A stretch of DNA of 64,000 nt from the human T2T-CHM13v2.0 reference genome, Homo sapiens: NCBI RefSeq assembly GCF_009914755.1, contig NC_060928.1; one strand, given 5' to 3'. The translations under genes were made by a program, and so were the position numbers. Under the pieces are notes generated by a model. That model did no database searches. It had not been told where the DNA came from and saw only the letters and a list, made by a program, of their open reading frames with translations. Shown here one piece after another: positions 57,942 through 64,000 of this stretch (positions are counted from its first letter, which is position 1; every line of letters begins with the position of its first letter).

Positions 57942-60200
57942 AAAAAAAATTCAAAAAAATTAAATAATAGTAAGCATCTTCTCTGCTCATAAAGGAATAC
58001 AACTTGAAATTAATAACAAGAGGAATTTTGGAAACTATAGAAATGCATGGAAAATAAACAATACGCTGTTGAATTACCAGTGGGTCAATGAAGAAATTAA
58101 GAAGGAAATTTAAAACATTTTTGGAAACAAATGATAATGAAAACACAACATACCAAAAACTATGGGATACAGTAAAAACAGTACTAAAAGTGAAGTTTAT
58201 AGCTACAAGTTCCTACATCAAAAAAGAAGAAAAGCTTCAAATAAACAATCTAACAAAACTTATCAAGGAATTATAAAAGCAAGTGCAAACCAAACCCATA
58301 ATTAGTAAAAGAAAATAAATAATAAACATCAGAATATAAATAAAGTTGAAATGAATAAATACTTTTTGTGAAATAAAAAGTATTTCACAGTGAAGTAAAA
58401 ATTTAACATTTTTCAAAAGTTAAAAAAATTGACAAACCTTCAGCTAGACTAATGAAAAAAGAGAGAAGTTCCAAATCAATAAAATCAGACATGAAAAAGA
58501 AGATATTACCAATGATGTTCTTCACATAAATAATTAAAAAAACTATTCTAAAATTCATATGAAACCATTAAAGACCCAAAATAGCCCAAGCTATTCTAAG
58601 AAAAAAAACAAAAAAACAAAATTGGAGAAATCACATTACCTGATTTAAAAATGTACTACAGAACTACAGTAATCAAAACAGCATGGTACTGGCATAAAAT
58701 CAGGCACATAGGTCAAGGGAACAGAACAGAGCATCCAGAAAGAAATCCACACTTCTACAGTGAGCTCAATTTCGACAAAGTTACTAAGAACACACACTGG
58801 GGAAAAGGCAGTCTTTTCAATAAATAGTGCTGAGAAAACCAGATATCCATATACAGAGGAATAAAACTAGACCCCATCTCTCACCATATATGAAAATCCA
58901 ATCAAAATGGATTAAAAGCTAAGACCACAAACTATGAAACTACTACAAGAAACATTGGAGGAAATCTTCATGACATTGGTCATGGCAAAAATTCCTTGAG
59001 CAATGCCACACAAGCACATGGAACCAAAGGAAAATAGACAAAAGGGGTTATATCAAGTTAAAAAGCTTCTGAACAGCAAAGGAAACAATCAACAAAGTGA
59101 AGAAACAACCCACAGAATGTGAAAAAATATTTGCAATCTGCTCATCTGACAAGGTATTAATATCCAGCATATGTCAATTCAAACAACTCTATAGAGAGAA
59201 ATCTTATAATTAGATTTAAAAAATGGGCAAAAGGCAATAGGCTTACCTCAGAAGAAGACATACAAATGGCAAATAGGCATATGCAAAGGTGCTCAACAGA
59301 ATTGATCTTCAGAGAAATGCAACTCAAAACTACAATGAAATATCATCTCACCCTAGTTAAAATTGCTTGTATTCAAAAGTCAGGCAATATCAAATTCTGT
59401 TGAGGATGTGGAGAAAAGGGAACCCTCATACACTGTTGGTGAGACTGTAAATTAGTATAACCACTATGGAAAATTGTTTGGAGGTTCTTCAGAAAACTAA
59501 AAATTGAGCTACCTTATGATCCAGCAATTCCACTGCTGGGTATATACCCAAAAGAAGGAAAATCAGTAATATCAAAGAGATATCTGTAGTCTCACATCTG
59601 TTGCAGCACAACAGCTAAGATTTTGAAGCAACCTAAGCATCCATCAACAGATGAATGGGTAAAGAAACTGTGGTACATATACACAATGGAATATTATTCA
59701 GCTGTAAAGAGAATGTGATCCTGTCATTTGCAACAACATGGATGGAACTGGAGATCATCATGTTAAGTGACTCAAGACAGGCACTGAAAGACAAACATCA
59801 CATATTCTCATTTATTTCTGGGATCTAAAAATCAAAACAATTGAACTCATGGACCTAGAGGGTAGAAGGATGGTTATTAGAGGCTGGGAAGTGTAGTGGG
59901 GGACTGGAAGTGGAGGTGAGGGTGGTTAATGGTTACAATAAATAGAAAGAAGAAGATCTACTATTTGATAGCACAACAGGGTGACTATAATCAACAATAA
60001 ATGAATTATACATATTAAAATAACTAAAAACATGTAATTGGATTGTTTGTAACACAAAAGATAAATGAGGGGTTGGATCCCCCATTCTCTGTGATATGAT
60101 TATTTGACATTGCAGGCTTGTATCAAAATATCTTATGCACCCCATAAATATATTCACCTACTATGTACCCACAAAAAGTCAGAACAAAAAAAAATTAAAA
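57942..60200 (+). mobile_element. L1MA2-like element, ORF2/3'UTR portion with internal deletion
   Basis: Diverged ORF2; 3' end gatagcacaacagggtgactata...cacctactatgtacccacaaaaa. Confidence 0.82.
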
Positions 60201-62269
60201 GAAAATACATTATCCTGTGGTCAAAAATAAAAGCATGTGAAACAACTTCTAGAAAATACACAGAAATAGCCTTTTCTCTCACTTTTTCTAATAAATGTTT
60301 TAAGAAAAGTGCATATATCTACACAGGTTTTCTCTCTTCTTCCTACTGCTATTTTTAACATAAGATCTGTCATTAACTGAAGATTTTCAAACCATGAGAG
60401 TTTTCAGGATCATATGTCCCAAAATTGTAGAGTTGCTATTTTAATATATAATACAAAAGAAAAAAATCATATTTTTTCAGTCACATTTGACTGTGTTTCC
60501 ACACTTGAATTCATTATTAGCAATGAGTGTTAAGTCCAATACTGAGTCTATTCTTTATCAAATAGCATTTTATTAAATATATTAGAATCTGATATTCTTC
60601 TGTGTGGCATCCACTTAAGAATTGTTTCCTTGCTTTAATTCCATTACTTTTTTAAAAATAAATCATTCTGTCCATCATATATTACTGAATATATTCTCAT
60701 ATATTTCTCAGGTATTTCTGAGATAGATTTCTCATATATTTCTCAGATATCCAAGTGTTTACTGAATATGTCTTTATTAGTAAAACAGATTCTCAAAAAT
60801 TTGCAACAAAATGTTACATATGAACAGATTTATCACTATATTCTAATAAAATAAAATAGCTCAAATTTCCCTTCTAAGTGCACTGAGTTTGTGTATTAAG
60901 TCAATCGATCAATCAGTCAGCTAATCAATGTTTATTGAGTACAAGATTCTGTACATGACTAGATGTGGGGCCAGGAAAGCTAACAAACTAACACTATATG
61001 CAAGATGAAAGTAAAGTAGTGAAATTTCTATACTCCTTGCAAACTGTTAAGGACTAATTGATCAAATATTTTAAATTATTAAATAAACTCAGAACTCAGA
61101 CTCTAACTTCTATTACTAAAAAATCAAGTTAATAAACCTCATTTTCTCCACAGCCTGCCATTTAGTATTTTGTTATGACTTTAAATTTGTCTGATTTTAT
61201 ATATATATATATATATATCCGCTTTGATTCATATAGAGAAATGAGAGAATAAATTATATCGATATGGACAATTCAAAATCAGTTTTAGACTGAAGATTTT
61301 CCAAAAGGGTTTCTTTCCTCTTATTGTGTTTTATATTGTGTAAACCTCTGCAATAGACTTTCAAGATATCAAAACACACACAAATAACACAGTGTATTTT
61401 TTTTTGTATGTGTTAGGTAACTCAGAAATGAGATTCCCATAATGTTCTCAATACTATCTAGGTCAATATTGTTAATTTTTCCTTATTTCTCAAAATGGAA
61501 ATAAGAGGCCTAACTTCTGAACAAAATGAATTTTTATTTCTAGAAATCAGTCTTGTAAATACATTTTAGCTGCAGACAAAAGGAAGATGCGTAGGTTAAG
61601 AATAGCTTTTCCATTGAGTTTCCTGTTCTCCTTTTATTCAAGGTGATGTGGTTGAGAGCTGACTTCAGACTAGAGTGATGATCTAATCTAGCATTCATAC
61701 CAGGACACTTTGAGAAAAAAAAAAAGAACTATTAATCATTAGGCTAGGACAATATACAAAAACTAGAACTCTACTGTGCATATCAGGACATGTGGTCCCC
61801 CTTATCATGAACACACCTGAAATTTAAATCCTAATTTTATCACTTTATTAGTTGTAACAATTTATGGAAATTGTTCAACACACTGGCATCTCAGTTTTAT
61901 TATTCATAAAGAATAAATTTCAATGTCTAAATTTAAGCCAGAAAATACATGCAAAGTATATATGTCACATATTAAGCATTCAAAAATTGGTAGCTACCCC
62001 CTAGGATATTTTTCTTTGCCAGGGCAGGGGAGCATTTTTAGTCTAAATTTAGTTAGGCATCAGCTATTTCAATTTTTCCATGCCAAAATGTTTTCTATTT
62101 GTGCATTCCAGAATATCTTCACACTTTACAAATATTTACGTCTTTCTCTCTTGCATGTTATCGTTGTCAGAGAAGAATGTGACCATTAGCTCCAGGGGAA
62201 GGATGAGAGACATGAGAAGAACAATCTCAGGCAAGCTGAGTCAAAACTAGCCAAATTTTTAAGCTAAGT

Positions 62270-62340
62270 GTCAGAGGATATTTTTTCCATAAAAGGAAAC
62301 ACAGTAAATAATTTCAGCTCTGGGGCCATACAACCTATTT
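62270..62340 (+). mobile_element. MER58-like fragment
   Basis: ttttttccataaaaggaaacacagtaaataatttcagctctggggccatac. Confidence 0.45.
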
Positions 62341-62698
62341 TATTTGCATTTAGTGGCATAGTACCTGTTATAATTAGCTTGAAATTTATGCTAAGCAAGA
62401 ACTATAAAATTAGATAGCATCCTAAAAATTTTTACCTATCATCTGCAAATTAAAAACAAAACAATAACTGATTGGCAGATTTACAGTAATCAATTATACT
62501 AAAACTATATATAAAACATGTATATTTGTGTTTGCAGGCGTGTGTGTATCTAAGAATCACAATTAATATGGTCTTATGTGTATATGGTAATCATTAATCT
62601 ATTAAACGAATGTATTTGGTCCTCTACTTTTTAGGCAGATGGTAGAATAACATTTTTTGCCCATCTCTCATTAGGATTATATGGAGTCATGTGACTAG

Positions 62699-63325
62699 TA
62701 TGAAAGGAAAATAAATCTCAGGACCCCAAACTCACTAAGCCAAGGGGAAAACTCAAGGTGGGAACTGAGTCTTAAACCTGTCTCCCATTTTGTTCCTAAA
62801 TAAGATAGCTACAAAGATAAAAAGCTACATACTCCCCTCACAATTTGCCCACAAGGAAATTCCTTGTGGGCCCCCAAATCTTTACCCATAAAACAGGTCT
62901 GTTGAATTTCACCATGGCAATGTAAATTGATAGCTTATCTTTACAGGCTCAGGACAAAGGACAGAACTCAAAGTCATTCCTCTGCTCACTTGAGACAAAT
63001 GTATATCTGATTGCTTCCTCTGCCCTGTTGTTTACATTATGTTATGTAAAATATTCCTCTTCTCTCCTCTCACATGTAAATTATATATTCAGTAAAAGCC
63101 TGATCAAAGACTCAAAAGAATGCAGCCGTTTGTCTCTTATCTATCCATACCTTTAATTTTTTCCTCTTTCCCCAATATCCGCCATTCCTCTTTAAATATT
63201 AAAGCCCCTCAAAATCATCTTTGAAGAAAGGCATAGACCTGTCTCCCAGGCGAATGTCCTTAACTTTAGCAAAGAAACCTCCTAAAATGATTGAGACTTG
63301 CCTCAGTCATTTTCATTGATTCACA
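62699..63325 (+). mobile_element. MER4A-like ERV1 solo LTR
   Basis: t(a)tgaaaggaaaataaatctcaggaccccaaactcactaagcca...gattcaca; exact TSD ctag at 62695-62698 and 63326-63329. Confidence 0.85.
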
Positions 63326-63350
63326 CTAGCTCTCGCCAATAAGGTAACAT

Positions 63351-63785
63351 TGTAAGATTTTCCCCAGGCTGAAAGCTTAAGAAGATGAATAACTCCTCCT
63401 TTCTCAGGCCCAGTCCCAAGGTGCAAGACCACTTGCATCAGCAGGGTGCATCAGCAGCATGTGCCAGCAAGACAGCAGAAGCAGGAAGAGAGCCGGCGGG
63501 AAGACATCTACTCTGGCGGGAAAACACATACTTCTGAAGATCTAGAAGGATGCTGTCTGGGTACTATGTGGTAGTTACGTCAGACTAGGACACTTCCTGT
63601 TTACAGGAGACTACAAAACCTTTGCCCCATCCTCACTTGGGGCTGAGGCCATTTTAGGCCTGATGCCATCTTAGGCCTCAGCCCTCTTGCACCCAGGTGC
63701 TCATTGAAACAGCATGTTGCTCCACACCGCCTCCTGTTGTCTGTTGGCACACTCTCGGAATTTGAACTGATACAAAAACCTTACA
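63351..63785 (+). mobile_element. Solo LTR, LTR47-like (ERVL)
   Basis: TG...CA termini; exact TSD aacat at 63346-63350 and 63786-63790; ctgaaagcttaagaagatgaataactcctcctttctcaggcccagtcccaagg. Confidence 0.7.
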
Positions 63786-64000
63786 AACATACGGTAAGTG
63801 ACATAACACGTATTATCATTAGATTGAGGATTTTCAGAACTGACATTGCCTCTGATATAACACGAACTCTTAAGATGGCAGATGCTCAGTCAGCTTGGAT
63901 CCTTTAAGGGCTGTGATTGTGGTCCCCTGTTGCTGTCTGCAAATGGACATGTAGTATAAATGACAATTATCTTGTTTTGTCATATGAATTTGGGGTTGCT

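Noticed and set aside
62847-62870. Palindrome gcccacaaggaaattccttgtgggc
   Set aside because: Recalled as a built-in feature of MER4A-type LTRs

Overview
AT-rich primate (human-like) genomic DNA, intergenic or deep intronic. I found no recognisable cellular protein-coding gene, rRNA, tRNA or CRISPR array. The window is dominated by retroelements. These are a twin-primed, 5'-inverted L1PA2 (1.8-3.1 kb), a three-tier L1 nest at 49.6-60.2 kb (L1MA2-like, L1PA16-like and a near-full-length dead L1PA5), about seven Alu/FLAM copies, MaLR and ERV LTRs (MLT1, THE1D solo and provirus, MLT2A1/A2, MER4-group, LTR47-like) and L2/MIR/MER relics. Long ORFs in the track are L1 ORF1/ORF2/ORF0 remnants, and the remainder look like chance or repeat-derived ORFs. 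The best leads are structural: a ~0.8-kb inversion splitting an MLT1B LTR, a probable L1 insertion-mediated deletion, an ORF0 that reads through to 156 aa, a templated scrambled insertion in L1 ORF2, an unexplained 43-bp-arm hairpin, a candidate 129-nt exon and a degraded U2 5' fragment. Subfamily calls come from recalled consensus sequences, not from a search. I cannot support a new biological system from sequence alone.
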